A stretch of 64,000 bases of DNA from Lytechinus pictus (lineage: Eukaryota). The DNA is taken from NCBI RefSeq assembly GCF_037042905.1, contig NC_087256.1:25172001-25236000 (forward strand), written 5' to 3'. Below the pieces are notes generated by a model. That model saw only the letters and a program-made list of their open reading frames with translations. It was not told the origin of the DNA and made no database searches. Below, piece by piece: positions 14,701-26,629 of the stretch (the first letter of the stretch is position 1; every line of letters begins with the position of its first letter). A program made the translations under genes and the position numbers.

Positions 14701-17700
14701 TTTTTCATAAACTTATTTCCTTTTTCTTGCAGTCTAAAGATGATATCCTCCAGGACGATCCATTGACTGAGTTTGGGATAGATCCTCCTTATGATCCAGC
14801 AGCCAACACACAGACGAACGACTCCATCAAACCAAACCAAGTCACGTTGAGAGAGCTTCCATTAGACATGTGTTATGATGTGCTCTGTGATAATGTCACC
14901 TTCAGGGTATGAAGACCTTCTAGTTTGGTGTCAATTCTTCTTCATTTTACCCCAAATTCCTCACTAAAATAATATACAAATGGTGAATAGACATGAGCAG
15001 AGCCATTACGTCTTACCCCCGTTTGGGAACGGACCGCAGTTCGGATTGCAAACTGCGGTATTTCACCCCATTTTGCGTTTGAAAATCTAAAACATCATTT
15101 CCAAGCCCTGGGGGTCGTTTCATAAAGCTGTTCGTAAGTTAAGAGCGACTTTAACAACGACTGGTGATCATCGCCAATTGTACCATTTACCGCAAGACAT
15201 GATCACCAGTCGCTCTTAACTTACGAACAGCTTTATGAAACACCCGCCTGATCAACCCCGCTTGGCCAGGTAATCCCCAAAGGCCAGATTATGAGCGTTG
15301 AGCCAAGGACGAAATGATAACAACAGATGTGCTATTACGTAAGTCTTCTCTGCCTGTAGAAGGACCTTCGGAATTAAATTATTGTATTCGATATTTAATC
15401 ACGTTTTCAAAGGCATACTGTATTCAGAAATTCAATGCTAGCCCATTTTCAATTTCGAACAAAGAAAATCAACCTCGAAATAAGGAAAGTAAGTGAATAA
15501 AAAATGGCGACATGTTTTCCCGGACCGCACTCGGGCTGTTGTGTTATCTTCGGACCGAGGTCAAGAAACAGGTGTTTTGATACTTACATTGCATGCCTGG
15601 GGCAGTAGGGTTTTCGTACTTGGAGAAGAGGGGTATAGTGTTATCAAACGGAGCTCTTTCGTCATGGCTGCCAACCAGCACATTTTTGGCGTATTTAGTA
15701 CGTTTTTGCAACCAAAATACGACAGTACGTTTTTTTATTTAAAAAATATGTTTGTTTTTTTTATACAAAATCGTAATTTATTGAGAAAAATCATCTCTAT
15801 ATGTCTCTATTTCATAAAACTTACACAAAAATATGGTTATTGGAGAAATGTAATTTCAGGTTACTTGTTTTTTTTTCAATAATTTTGTTAAAACCAGGGT
15901 AAGATATACACATTTTTTTTTTTTTCATCTGCAAGAGCAGTGCGCATTTTAGCTTGCATGCAGCTTGAGCGCCGCGATGAGCGTGCGTGCCAGGTATTTT
16001 ATTATGAAATACAGTTTTTTTTTGGAAAAATACACTTTTTTTAAATCACAGAATACAATTTTTCATTCCCAGAGATTGGCAGGTCTGCATGAGTGCGATG
16101 GTACAATTTTTGTATAAGGTGAAAGAAAGATGCTCTATTCAACACGGCATAGTGGTGTCGAATAGATTGTATATCTATTACTGAATGCAAAATCTTGTGC
16201 CATTGTTTAAATAAGAATATTCGATATTGGTGTACAATGCCTTGAAAGTTAGCAAAAATACAAATACTTGGAAATATAATCGATTTTGTTCTTCGTTCAT
16301 CCATGAAAATGAGGAAAGAATAATTGAAAGCAAAATCCAAATCCATGTGCAGTATATTCATGTGTGCATCAGCATCATATCTTCAGCAACAGTGTGCGCT
16401 TAGCCAGTAGGCATATCAAGCGTAATCTGTATTGTACAACGCCTATTTAGCTTGTTGTACGCGAGCAAATGGGAGACTGAATGTCAAACATTCGTACCGT
16501 TGCACACAAGACGTACAATCCAAAATGTACCGTCTAAAATGTACCGTTGCACGGCTTTAGGAGGTGACATCACAATACGATTCAATTCTTTGCGCTCAGT
16601 AAAAAATGAATGTGAAATATGCGCGTAGCCTGCTGGCTACATGCGCAATGCTGCGAGGTCATGTACGCTTGTGGGATTTGCTTTTTGCTTTCAATATGTT
16701 TGCTCCCTTTTCATAGATTACTGCAGGGAAAAACTCTTCTTTTTTTCATATTTTCGCTAAACTCTGAGGCGTTGTACAACACAAATAGCGAATATTCTTA
16801 TTCGTGCAATGGTGCGAGATTTCACATTCGGTGAAAGAAAGAAACACTTTATTCAACTCGGCTAATGCCTCGTTGAATAGAGCATCTTTCTTTCACCTCA
16901 TACGAAATCTCGCACCATCGCACTCATGCCCATTCGCTATTTGTATATTGTGATGTGCCCAATCATGCAATGGTACAGTTTTGGATGGTACATGTGCAAT
17001 AGTATGAATGTTGTATAGTCCTTTATCTCTCAGAGAATGGGTGTGTAGTTTATATGACGCGTTATTTTCACCTTCTAAATATAGATACTTCCTTTGTTTA
17101 TTGTAGAAATACCAGCTTGAAAGGATCCTGTTGCATGATGGGAAGAGGACAACTTACGAGCATACAATGAAATGTGTAGAGAACTTCATTCTCTTGGGCC
17201 AGGTAAGTGAAAGTTTTTTTGTTTACTTATCAATCTCATGAGGTTGATTAGGATTTCAAACTTCATGAGCTAGTTTTCCTATCTCTCTATAATAGAAGAA
17301 GAAGAAAAGAATGTTTGAAAATAATGTATTGAAGACCTTTCTTTTGAATTTGCAGATCTAGTAGGATTCTTCTGCCATTAAGACATAAAATGTTTAGTTC
17401 CAAGTAAATTAAGTAAAAGAGGAGATAGTATTCAATGAGATTTGTTTAATCTTCTGTTTCTCATGTTCCTATGTTGATTGGTCTTGACACAACCTTTTGT
17501 TGACTGGCAACAAAAGGGTTTTACAATTGAAGGACACATTTATGTTGCTTCGCGACTTTATCCACAAAGTGTTGCTTAGCTTTGCTGCATCAGTTTGACG
17601 CATTTTGTCTGAATGGTAAATCAACACATGGGTCCCGTCTTACAAATAGTAGCGATTGATCCGATCAACCACAACTATGGACGGTCAGCAACATCTACAT

Positions 17701-20700
17701 CTAAAACGCAAATTTGTTCAAAATTTCCCTTCTCTCAGTCGCTGACCAGTCGTAGACCAGTCGGGTCGTAAGGTTTGCAGTGGCCTTAAAGTGCCTAGGG
17801 ATGCTGTTCAGATGCATGAAGCACTGTATAAAAACAATCATCATCATTATTATTGCTTTCTTTCATCCTGCAGACTGACCGAGCTGTGCAGCTGCTCTTG
17901 GAGACAGAGCCAGATAATGAGAGTTACCTTTTGGATCTGATGAGGGCGTGTCTTTGTGCCACCGCTCAGGAATCAGGGTCATCGCAAAGCACCATCAAAC
18001 TGGTCGCTACCAGCCTCATAGCTAATGGAAAACTTGCTGGTGAGAATTATATCATCCAGTGCTAAAGGAAATGCATATGGGATTTTATTGGACTCTGAAA
18101 ACATTGAAGTAAAAAGTATTTAAATTCAACTCTAAAAAATATCTGGGTTATGTGTGTGTTTGATAGATGTTAACATCATTTTATACAAGCATATTATCAA
18201 ATCATTGATTGCAAGATTGAAGGCAATCACAATAAATTGGGTGTCAATGGAATGAACCATTGTCTTGATAATGACTTTCATAACTAGAAGTAATGTAAAC
18301 TAGAGGATTTCGATATTGAAATACTGCTGCAGAACCTTTATGAGAGGTCACAAAAATTTATGTGATTATCCGCCTGTGATTAATTGCAATATTATATTTT
18401 CACCAGTGAGGGTTTTTTTTATTTAATGATGTGATTCCAAACGTTTGAAACTATCAGTGACCACTTTTGCTGTTTCATTATGTTGCTTATTTTGTTTGTT
18501 CTTTCAGCTAGAAACAAAATTTCTCTGTACCTTTTTTGTTAGACCAATTAAACCACCATGTGTCTTTGCCAATGTATATATATGTATGTATTTTATTATA
18601 TATTTTTTTACAGAGGGTGTACAGTTACTGTGCTTAATCAACAAAGGTATTGATGCTTGCAGATATCTCCAGACATATAACCAGTGGTACCAAGCTATGT
18701 GGTTAGCCAAGGTAAGAACTTATTGCCACTATGGCTTCAAAGGCCTTACGATCTTCAATGTATTATCGAAATGGAATAGATCTTCCATGAAAGTGTTCCA
18801 CACTACACTCAATTGGGAGTTTTCACAGGAAATGTATTGAAAATGCCCGTTGAATGACTATGAACAGCTGGGAAGTCTTTGTCGAAAAGTGGTAAAACCG
18901 GAACAGCAGTTTTGTCCTAAGTTTTGGAGCTGAAGAAAATTGCAAATACGTTGTTTATCAAGAGTCCAGAATGAAACTGCTGTTAATTTGATTCGCCAAT
19001 TTTTGACAAAGACTTTTTGGTTGTTCATTGTCACGGAGCAGAAACTCCATAATCACTCATTTGGTACATTTTTACTCTACATTTTGTCAATTAGACCAGT
19101 CGGTCTACTTTGACGATAGTATAGATAACACGACTATGGTTCAACCCATTTGGTCTGGTTTCATTTTGATCAAATTATCGATTGGTCTAATGCCCACTTG
19201 GGCTAATTGTCATGTTGTCTAAGTTCTTTCATTTTGTCTAACGAGCATTATCTCTATTTTTTCTCAGTTTAATCAGACATAAGTTGGATTAGGTTATGTG
19301 GGTATTAGACAGAATACGCATGGTAGACTTACCAACCAAGATAAATTTTGTCCTTTTAGTATATAAAAAGGAGATGCTTTGACATTTTTTTTCAGGGACA
19401 GTAGTGAAGTGACTGGCTGTAACTAGGCTTTTATTAATTTTATTTGTATTTGTTCCATTTTACCCCAATGCCAAGTAGAGCTTGGTTGATAGTCTTGAAA
19501 TGTGTATTATACTGAAATCAGATAGTTTTCAAAGTTTAAGGAACATTTACATGACTATTTAGATTTGGTGAATATTTAAGGTGCGTTTGAGTGACCGTTG
19601 ATACTAGATTTTCCCCATTCATATTAAAGTACATTTTGTAAAGTAACTCTGCATACAATGAGGTATTGAAAAGATGGCTTTAGAACCTATGCAGTCCTTT
19701 TTATTATTATTATCATTATTATTAATAGTGAAATGAGGTCATGAGAAGGTCGATGGAGAACCTTGCAGTCTGAATGTTAAGTTGCATTTAAGTGTCTGCT
19801 AGTGATAAACTAAGGTTTTCCCGTTCATATTCAAGGTACGTCTAAGTGATTCCGAGTGTAATGTGGTCATGAGAAGATGGGTTGAGAACTTGTGCAGTCC
19901 CAATGTTAAGTTACATTTAAGTGACTGCCCATGATAAACTAAGGTTTTCTCGTTCATATTTAAGGTACGTCTAAGTAACTTGTGAGTGTAATGAGGTCAT
20001 GACGAGATGGGTTGAGAACCTTGCAGTCTGAATGTTAAGTTGCATTTAAGTGACTGCCCATGATAAACTAAGGTTTTCTCATTCATATTTAAGGTACGTC
20101 TAAGTAACTCGTGAGTGTAATGAGGTCATGACAAGATGGGTTGAGAACCTTGCAGTCTGAATGTTAAGTTGCATTTAAGTGACTGCCCATGATAAACTAA
20201 GTATTTCTCATTCATATTTAAGGTACGTCTAAGTGATTCTGAGTGTAATGAGGTCATGAGAAGGTGGGTTGAGAACTTGTGCAGTCCCAATGTGAAGTTG
20301 CATATAAATGAAGTCCTATCCATGATGATAAACTAAGTTTTTCTCATTTGTATTTAAGGTACATCTAAGTGACTCTGAGTGTAATGAGATCATGAGAAGA
20401 CGAGTTAAGAACCTTGCAGTCTGAATGTTAAGTTGCAGTTAAGTGACTGCCCATGATAAACTAAGTGTCTCCCATTCATATTTAAGGTACGTCTAAGTGA
20501 CTCTGAGTGTAATGAGGTCATGAGAAGGTGGGTTGAGAACCTGTGCAGTCCCAATGTAAATCAGAAGAGTATAGCCTTACTTGGTGTCCTTGCCATGGGG
20601 AATTTCACAAAGGTCCTTCAAATGCTACTCAGGTTAGTATTTTGACTTACTAAAGCAAGGTATTTCAAGCTTATATTTTGTGATGTATTTGAGTGATGTT

Positions 20701-22569
20701 TGATCCCGTTGTTTTAATTCTAGAAAATATTGACTTAATTATCTTCTTAGATGTGTTGCTTGATTAGTATTACAAATATTGTCAAGAAATGTATTGTGTA
20801 TTTGTTTTTACATATTTCAACACCTTGATTTATGAAAATAAATCTCCATTTACAGCTAGAATTTTCCTTCTTTTCTAAACTCGGGTTTGAATTTAAGCCA
20901 TTTTCTTATTCTGTGCTGAAATTATAGGTTGTCAAAAGTTCATATTTTGCAGTGCCTGTACTCACTCTAAATAACAACATGGGGAATTGCAGAAGAATTA
21001 CAATATGCCCAAGGAATTATTCATTTATGGGAAGAGTTAAACCACATTGCCACTTTGAATCAGATGACAAGAAATAATGTATAAATGATTCTAAAAGTTA
21101 ACTTCATGATATCTTTTGTTTTTAGTGTTATTTTGATACTGTAGCTTTGTTATATCATTACATTACTTTGTATCTTTTCTTCCTTTTTTTTTAGTTTGCA
21201 TTACTATGACCGTGCAGCCATGTTTGCCGAGGCGTGTATAGAGTTTTCAGTACTTCCTGAGGATGATGATACCAATATCCTTTACAATCATTTATCAAGT
21301 GAATTCCATGCTGTTTGTATTTTATGATTTTGGTACGGGTGATGTAAAATACATAGGACAGGTAATATGCTAATGATATTGATTCCGGCAAGCAAACACA
21401 GGGCAAAAACTCCGGTAAAAACAACCTGAGTTTTCTCAGGTAAAAAGTTTTATGCAACGGGCCCCTGGAAGGATAATTAATGCAAGGTTTTATTGTATCC
21501 AAAAAGTGGTTTGCACGTGTAGTAATTATATATATATATTGACTGGCCTTGAGGGAAACATCAAATATGTTGCCCGCAACGGAATCATATTTGCCCGCAT
21601 GTTTAGACGAGAGCAATATGGTTCTTTTAAGGGCAATATATTTGATGTTTCCCGAGAGAAGAGCCAGTCAATATTATATAATTAATATATATAATTGCCC
21701 ATGAGTCACTTTTAAACCAAACTTGGGTTGTAGACGTACTTAGGAGACCTGCATGCTATGCTGCAGTCGGAGGTCACATGGTAAGGTCAAAGATCATTTT
21801 GAGGTCAACATTAAAGTTTACGTGCAAGACTCTCCTATGACAAATGTTATTTCATCCCAGTTATCTCACAATGAACTTTTGATTTAATTCTGTTGTGTGC
21901 CGTCGCAAATCGCGATATTTCTGGTTATTTTCACAAGTGGGCGAGACACAGCATTGCTTACGCCTTGTTTTTGGAACTTTGTCAGGGATCTTTTTGCGAT
22001 CATAAATAGCATAAAATAAATCCATTTATATGAACAAAAGTAAAAATAATCATACATTTACGATTTTGGGTTGAACACAATTTGCATTGACTTTGTACAC
22101 GGAATCACGTTTTTGAGCAATTTTGGGTCTGACATGCATTTAAAAAATGTTGTGTAATTTCGGAACCGCGTATAGGGCATCGCAAATTTGGTCTCAAAAG
22201 ATGTGTAAGACTTGAAACTAAAAGTCGGCAAGCGGCATGGTTAAAAAAAATTCGTGTAGCGGTGTAGTGACGAAATTTGTCAAGGGGAGGGGGTTGAATT
22301 GACCCCCCCCCCCCAGTTAAGTAAGGGTTAAGATAAATTTAAGCCCTGCTTGTTTTTTTCTGTGCTAGATAAAATCTTATATTCTTGCATTCTTGTGTGA
22401 TCATGTATTTCTTAACGGAATGAATGCACAGTCTCTGTTGGAGCGGGTGTTCCTGGAGTATGCCCGCTATCTCCTTGCGCTGGGGAACAAGAAAGCCTAC
22501 GGTCACTACTGCAACAAGGCTGCGGAGAAAGCCGAGAAGGTCATGCAGGATATGGAATGGATGGAATAA
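2739..22569 (+). CDS. WDR11: WD repeat-containing protein 11, 3' part (13 coding exons, 619 aa; 5' exons are upstream of the window)
   Basis: Exons 2739-2844, 3497-3737, 5512-5626, 11679-11847, 12566-12677, 13757-13973, 14733-14906, 17107-17202, 17874-18039, 18614-18711, 20487-20632, 21195-21274, 22430-22569 splice to 1860 nt in frame. Peptides EWSPSH, REHFVF, CIAWKG, PVFCPYLL, HQPWN, TDRAVQLLLET, QSTIKLVAT, EGVQLLCLI, DACRYLQTY match vertebrate WDR11 as I recall it. Confidence 0.95.
3750..3961. mobile_element. PIF/Harbinger-type MITE
   Basis: TIR GGGGGTGTTTCACAAAGATTTAAGTATGAC; CAG TSD at 3747-3749 and 3962-3964; sits 12 nt after a WDR11 donor. Confidence 0.8.
4710..4876 (-). mobile_element. 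tRNA-head SINE fragment
   Basis: Reverse B-box (GGTTCGAATCCC) and the ACCCAGGTGAGGTGAATG central domain shared with the other SINE copies. Confidence 0.65.
4986..5480. mobile_element. Kolobok-type non-autonomous DNA transposon
   Basis: TIR AGGGGAAGTTCACCCTGA; TTAA on both sides (4982-4985, 5481-5484). A partial copy lies at ~52990-53220. Confidence 0.8.
6505..6824. mobile_element. MITE with long TIRs (copy 1)
   Basis: ~65-bp imperfect TIR GGCCCGTAATCTGAAGTCGGGTTTAACTTAAAC; near-identical copy at 29824-30124. Confidence 0.8.
6963..11201. mobile_element. Non-autonomous Tc1/mariner-superfamily (Tc2/pogo-like) element, 4.24 kb including a nested insertion
   Basis: Perfect 28-bp TIR CCGTAAGTAACGGTGTATTAACCGCACC; TA TSD at 6961-6962 and 11202-11203; subterminal GTGTATTAACCGCACC repeats; no transposase ORF seen. 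Confidence 0.85.
7484..10469. mobile_element. Non-autonomous P-element-like DNA transposon nested in the 6963-11201 element
   Basis: TIR CATAGAGATGTATACTAAT; exact 8-bp TSD GCTTTGAA at 7476-7483 and 10470-10477; inverted subterminal similarity; no transposase. Confidence 0.8.
11222..11566. mobile_element. Foldback-like MITE with short internal repeats (copy 1)
   Basis: Imperfect TIR GGTAAATTGCCAATTCGTCCA / TAGACGAATTGGAAATAAACC; related copy at 55691-56109. Confidence 0.7.
12180..12528 (+). mobile_element. Full-length tRNA-derived SINE
   Basis: A-box TGGTGTAGCGG, B-box GTTCGAATCCC, central CTCTCCACCCAGGTGTTAAATGGGTACC domain, (ATT)n tail. Confidence 0.85.
12872..13275. mobile_element. Probable hAT-type MITE with a 6-bp TSD
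   Basis: TIR CAGACCTGCCAACC; CATACC duplicated at 12866-12871 and 13276-13281; second copy at 15668-16087. Confidence 0.75.
15110..15248. mobile_element. Harbinger-type MITE
   Basis: TIR GTTTCATAAAGCTGTTCGTAAGTTAAGAGCGAC with CTG flanks; same family as 32396-32850. Confidence 0.7.
15668..16087. mobile_element. Second copy of the 12872-13275 MITE (5' end eroded)
   Basis: High identity to 12877-13275. Confidence 0.75.
16088..16928. repeat. Inverted-repeat element, possibly Crypton-like non-autonomous
   Basis: ~56-bp inverted arms CATGAGTGCGATGGT...GAAAGAAAGATGCTCTATTCAAC; family assignment from memory only. Confidence 0.5.
19575..20557 (+). repeat. ~129-bp tandem array of the WDR11 intron/exon junction
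   Basis: AAG|GTAC junctions with exon-like sequence starting at 19836, 19965, 20094, 20223, 20359 and 20487 (the real exon); degenerate units at ~19575-19830. Confidence 0.95.
21275..22429 (+). other. U12-type (minor spliceosome) AT-AC intron of WDR11
   Basis: 5' site ATATCCTTT at 21275; branch site TTTCTTAAC at 22408-22416; AC at 22428-22429. Splicing here restores the frame (EDDDT-K-SLLERVFLEYARY). Confidence 0.93.
21536..21674. repeat. Short palindromic MITE-like element inside the U12 intron
   Basis: Arms ATATTGACTGGC..GGGAAACATCAAATATGTTGCCC and GGGCAATATATTTGATGTTTCCC..GCCAGTCAATAT. Confidence 0.65.
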
Positions 22570-23436
22570 AGTCTCTATATCTCTAGTCCACCTGCCATCA
22601 TCTATCGTCCATAATTGAATCCATAAAATACTGCAATGTTGCGAGCGTAATACAGCTACATGAATCATTACATATTGTACATAAATCATACATATGGTGC
22701 ACAAATTATTCATATTGTTCATAAATTTCACTTAACAATTCATGTTGCTTTGTAAGAAAGCATACTAAGTTATGAAAGTGACAATGATATGCCATTCTTG
22801 TACAACACATACACATAATGATCTGTCATCACCTTTCCGTAATTTGATTCATTAAATACTGTGACATGTTCACTTTTGTCTCTCCCTCCTTATTTTTGTG
22901 ACCCATTCGACAGGACTTTAATATATCAATTGTCATGCACTCACGCTGTCTCTCTGTTAACTCTAGATCTCTTAAAATGTAGCCACATACACAAATTAAA
23001 ATGGAGACCATTTACTTAGGACACATCAAACTTTATTTCTGGGTAACTTACCCTCAAAATATAGATGTTCGGGAGCACATAACATGTAGGTCCTCACGCT
23101 AGGCCTTGCAAATCGCGACGGACTACCATCATGAATAGTCCGACGGACATACGCCCCGTGCGCTGCACCCGTCTCTACTTGCATGCATGTTCACATGAAA
23201 TGACTGAATTTCGTTACAATACTATACATAAAATCATGATAGCTCCCTCAATGTGATAAGATCTGAGTTTTTGTAAGAAATGCACTCTCTGATGTGCTTT
23301 GGCAGAGATCACCGAACACTGTTTGCTCCAGGTAAGTTTATCATAAATAAAAGTTCGAGAAAAGTATCGATAGTCCGAAACCTGTTCTATTTCAGTACCT
23401 CTATACTTAATAGCTCTATGTGATAGGGATTGGATC

Positions 23437-23585
23437 CCCTAAATTCTAACACAATTTCCTTAGTCTTTGAGGAATTTAGGAACAGGAAATTGTTGTCACA
23501 CCATTCTTGAAACCTACAAATATTCTTTTGGCGATGAGCTGTCTCGTCTTCATTTTTAGGCCCATAATAATCATATCATCAGCAG
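23437..23585 (-). mobile_element. LINE reverse transcriptase fragment (Rex1/L2-like)
   Basis: ADDMIIMGL, then after a frameshift NEDETAHRQKNICRFQEWCDNNFLFLNSSKTKEIVLEFR. Confidence 0.75.
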
Positions 23586-23591
23586 AATCAC

Positions 23592-26500
23592 GGACAACTC
23601 GGACCACGGAACAACTGGAGTGCGGGCCGAGTTGACCCTCCAATTTTCGTGATTTTTTTTCTCACAAGTTTGTGTCTATTTTTTCGTCATTTCAAAATTT
23701 CTTGGAACGATTTTCTAGAGATATGGTCTGATGGTAATGTTCTTCACTTTTTATTACTTTTTTTTGCTGAAATGTAAAAAAAGTGGAATTTTAGGCATTT
23801 TTCCTACAGCTCGCGATTCCCATAGGCGCTTGTATTAGCTGTTTTGGTGCTCGACTCGACCCCGCTCATCAACTGCCTTGATTTTGTGATAATTTCTCTT
23901 CAAGTTACCACCTTTATCACAGAAGATGGACTTTCTTGTATTCCATTAACTCCATTTTTTCATTAAAAAAAAAAAAATTTGGTGTATATGCACAATTTTG
24001 TTTAAATTTTTTTTCTTTTTTTAACCTTGATTTTAAAGACCTCAAGATTGTTTGCTGCTACTCCTGTCCTTTACCTTAAAATACTAATAGGCTAAGCTGG
24101 TGCATGGCCATAGCTATGTGCACAGACAGTCAAAAGGTCTTGTGTGGTCCTCTCCCCATCTCGGTGCTCCTCCCAGGCTCTGAAAACACGGGCTTGCATT
24201 GTCCTGGTCTGTCTTCTCTGATGACGGGTTAGAAGACGCCTGTCCACCATGCGCACTGTTAGATCTACGAGCTGTGACTCCTTGAAGAGCAATGACGACA
24301 ACTGATACACACCCATACTCTTCCCTCCCGCTCTTCTGTTGAGTCTGTGGTTGTAACCTTCAGCGTCGTTGTTGGTCCTGATAGCCTTTCCATACGTTGA
24401 CCAGACTCGCACTGGCCAGGTTGGGTTCGTTATCCACGTTGACTCTAGGTAGTCAAAGAGCTGGAAAGATAAAAAAGAAAATGAATTATTGTCAATATTA
24501 TTAATATAATTGTGTATTTCTTCTTATAGTTACAATGATTTGCCATGCATGTCTTCTAGTAGCTACTAAATCCAATCAAACCTTTTCAAATTTAATGTCA
24601 TCTTCAATTAAGAAGCGAATGCATTTCTATATAATAAAGTCAAGTGAAACTTGATTCATTCTTCAAACATATAATTTCAAATGTTACACCTTCTACCTAA
24701 CCTAAAAACTTGTTGTTTCGCCCATTATCACGAAGAAACAGTAATGAAAATATAAACAAAAAGCAGATATTTTTTGTTCAACTCAATAGCAATTCTTCTT
24801 AAACTTTGAATAAAAAAAAAACAGGTCATGAAGTTTGATATGCCTGTATGTATTCTCAAAATATGATTCATGGTACCTTACAATATTTTCATCTTAAAGA
24901 AGTTGGAATACATTTAGTTGTGATTTATTACCTCATCGATCAAGGGACTGTCGCTCTGAAGCCGAAGTCGTCGGAACTCGGGGACCACTTCTACTGGCAG
25001 GAATGGTAATGCCATTAGCTGTTGTAGAAGAAGCCTCTTCTCCTCATCCCTCGTGTACATTGGTGCTAGGCCAAGGGCTTGGATCTTCCGGTAGACGGAC
25101 TGCTTCCAGTGGAAATTACTAGACTAGACGTGCCTGTAACAAAACAAAGGTAAGAATACATCCAGATTAATAAAAAAATTTGAATAATTTGGAAATATGT
25201 CACTTTATTTTAACTTTGTTTTTAGTCATAAAAATCATACTGAACAGTTGATCTTATATGTATTATAATGACCTGACAAGAATTTATTTCATTTCATTTT
25301 TCATTTATTTTATTTCAACATGTTAAACGAACTTTAGCCAATGGCTGTTCTTCTGCACGTTCGTGCGTACATATTAAAATCACATTACATGTATATACAA
25401 TTAAGATACATAATATGAAATAAATATACAATTGAAATATCATCAATATTACAAAGAAAAACAAACAGAACATGCTTTGGTACACGTACAGCCCTTTCAT
25501 AAATAGTTGTAATTGAAAGAGGAATTGTTTGGTTATAGGTGACAAGGAATTAGAATAAGTATACCATATTTAGAATTGCGATGAATGTCATTGATCATTA
25601 CGAATTCATTTTCAAAACTTTTACAATCTGTTTTATACGTTTTTAATGTGACGTCCACCCTCAAAACCAAGAAATGATATTCAAGAAAATAAATCTGGGA
25701 AAACAAGGAATGGAAAGGGGCACAATGAATTAAATCATTTTATTGTAAATCCTGTAAAAAAATAATTAATCTAATAAAAATTAAGCACCCAAAGCCTCAG
25801 CCCGGCATGCCCACACAGCTACACTGCGAATATTTTTCACATTTCAGGGGCAGGAGTGATATCGCCCCGAGCCCCCACCCACGTAAAAGTATTTTTTCTG
25901 TGACTCCAACATCCACACCTCAGTCACACACACAGAGTCAAAGAAATTGAAGCATATTAATTATTACAACTTAAAACTAAACTCTTCACCAGGGAAAATC
26001 AATATTAAAAAAAAATTATAATATATATATGCATTTACTAAAAATGGCAGAGCCTACATACACTGCCAAGCTTCAATCTCTAACCCACTCTCTCACTCAG
26101 CCAAGCTCAGCTCTTTGACTGTGCACGCCCACCTCCATTGGGGATTCGGGCTGAATCCCACCCCGCCAGTTTCGGTGGCCGAGCTAAGTAGAATTGCGGA
26201 CCGGACCACTCATCGGTTGTTCGCTACTTACGACCAAAGAGAACAGGTGAAAAGCTTTTACAAAATCGTGTATATACATCAAATTCTATTCTTGTGATTA
26301 AAAAATGGAGTTAATGGAATACAAGAAAGTCCATCTTCTGCGATAAAAGTGGTAACTTGAAGAGAAATGATCACAACATCAGTCAGTTGTTGAGCGGGGC
26401 CGAGTCGAGCACCAACACAGCTAATACACGCGCCTATGGGAATCGCGAGTGGTAGGAGAAAACGCCTAAAATTCCACTTTTTTTAATATTTCAGCGAAAA

Positions 26501-26629
26501 CAAAGTAATAGAAAGTAAAGATCATTACCATCAGACCATATCTCTAGAAAATCGTTTCAAGAAATTTTGAAATGACGAAAAAATAGACACAAACTTGTGA
26601 AAAAAAATCACGAAACAGGAGGGACAACT
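23592..26629 (-). mobile_element. Internally deleted Mutator-like (MULE) DNA transposon with long TIRs
   Basis: ~350-bp inverted repeats at ~23630-23980 and ~26270-26629 flanking transposase exons. The left end at 23592 is approximate and the right tip appears truncated. Confidence 0.85.
24092..25133 (-). pseudogene. MULE transposase C-terminal remnant (2 exons)
   Basis: Exon ~25133-24932 reads FHWKQSVYRKIQALGL...LMALPFLP and splices GT-AG in phase 0 to exon 24460-24092, LFDYLESTW...RTNNDAEGYNHRLN (catalytic E motif). The N-terminal DD part is missing and there is an in-frame stop before FH. Confidence 0.85.

Noticed and set aside
19575-20557. CRISPR-like appearance of the regular repeats here and at 43345-43990
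   Set aside because: Whole units are repeated with no unique spacers, the context is eukaryotic, and there are no cas genes.
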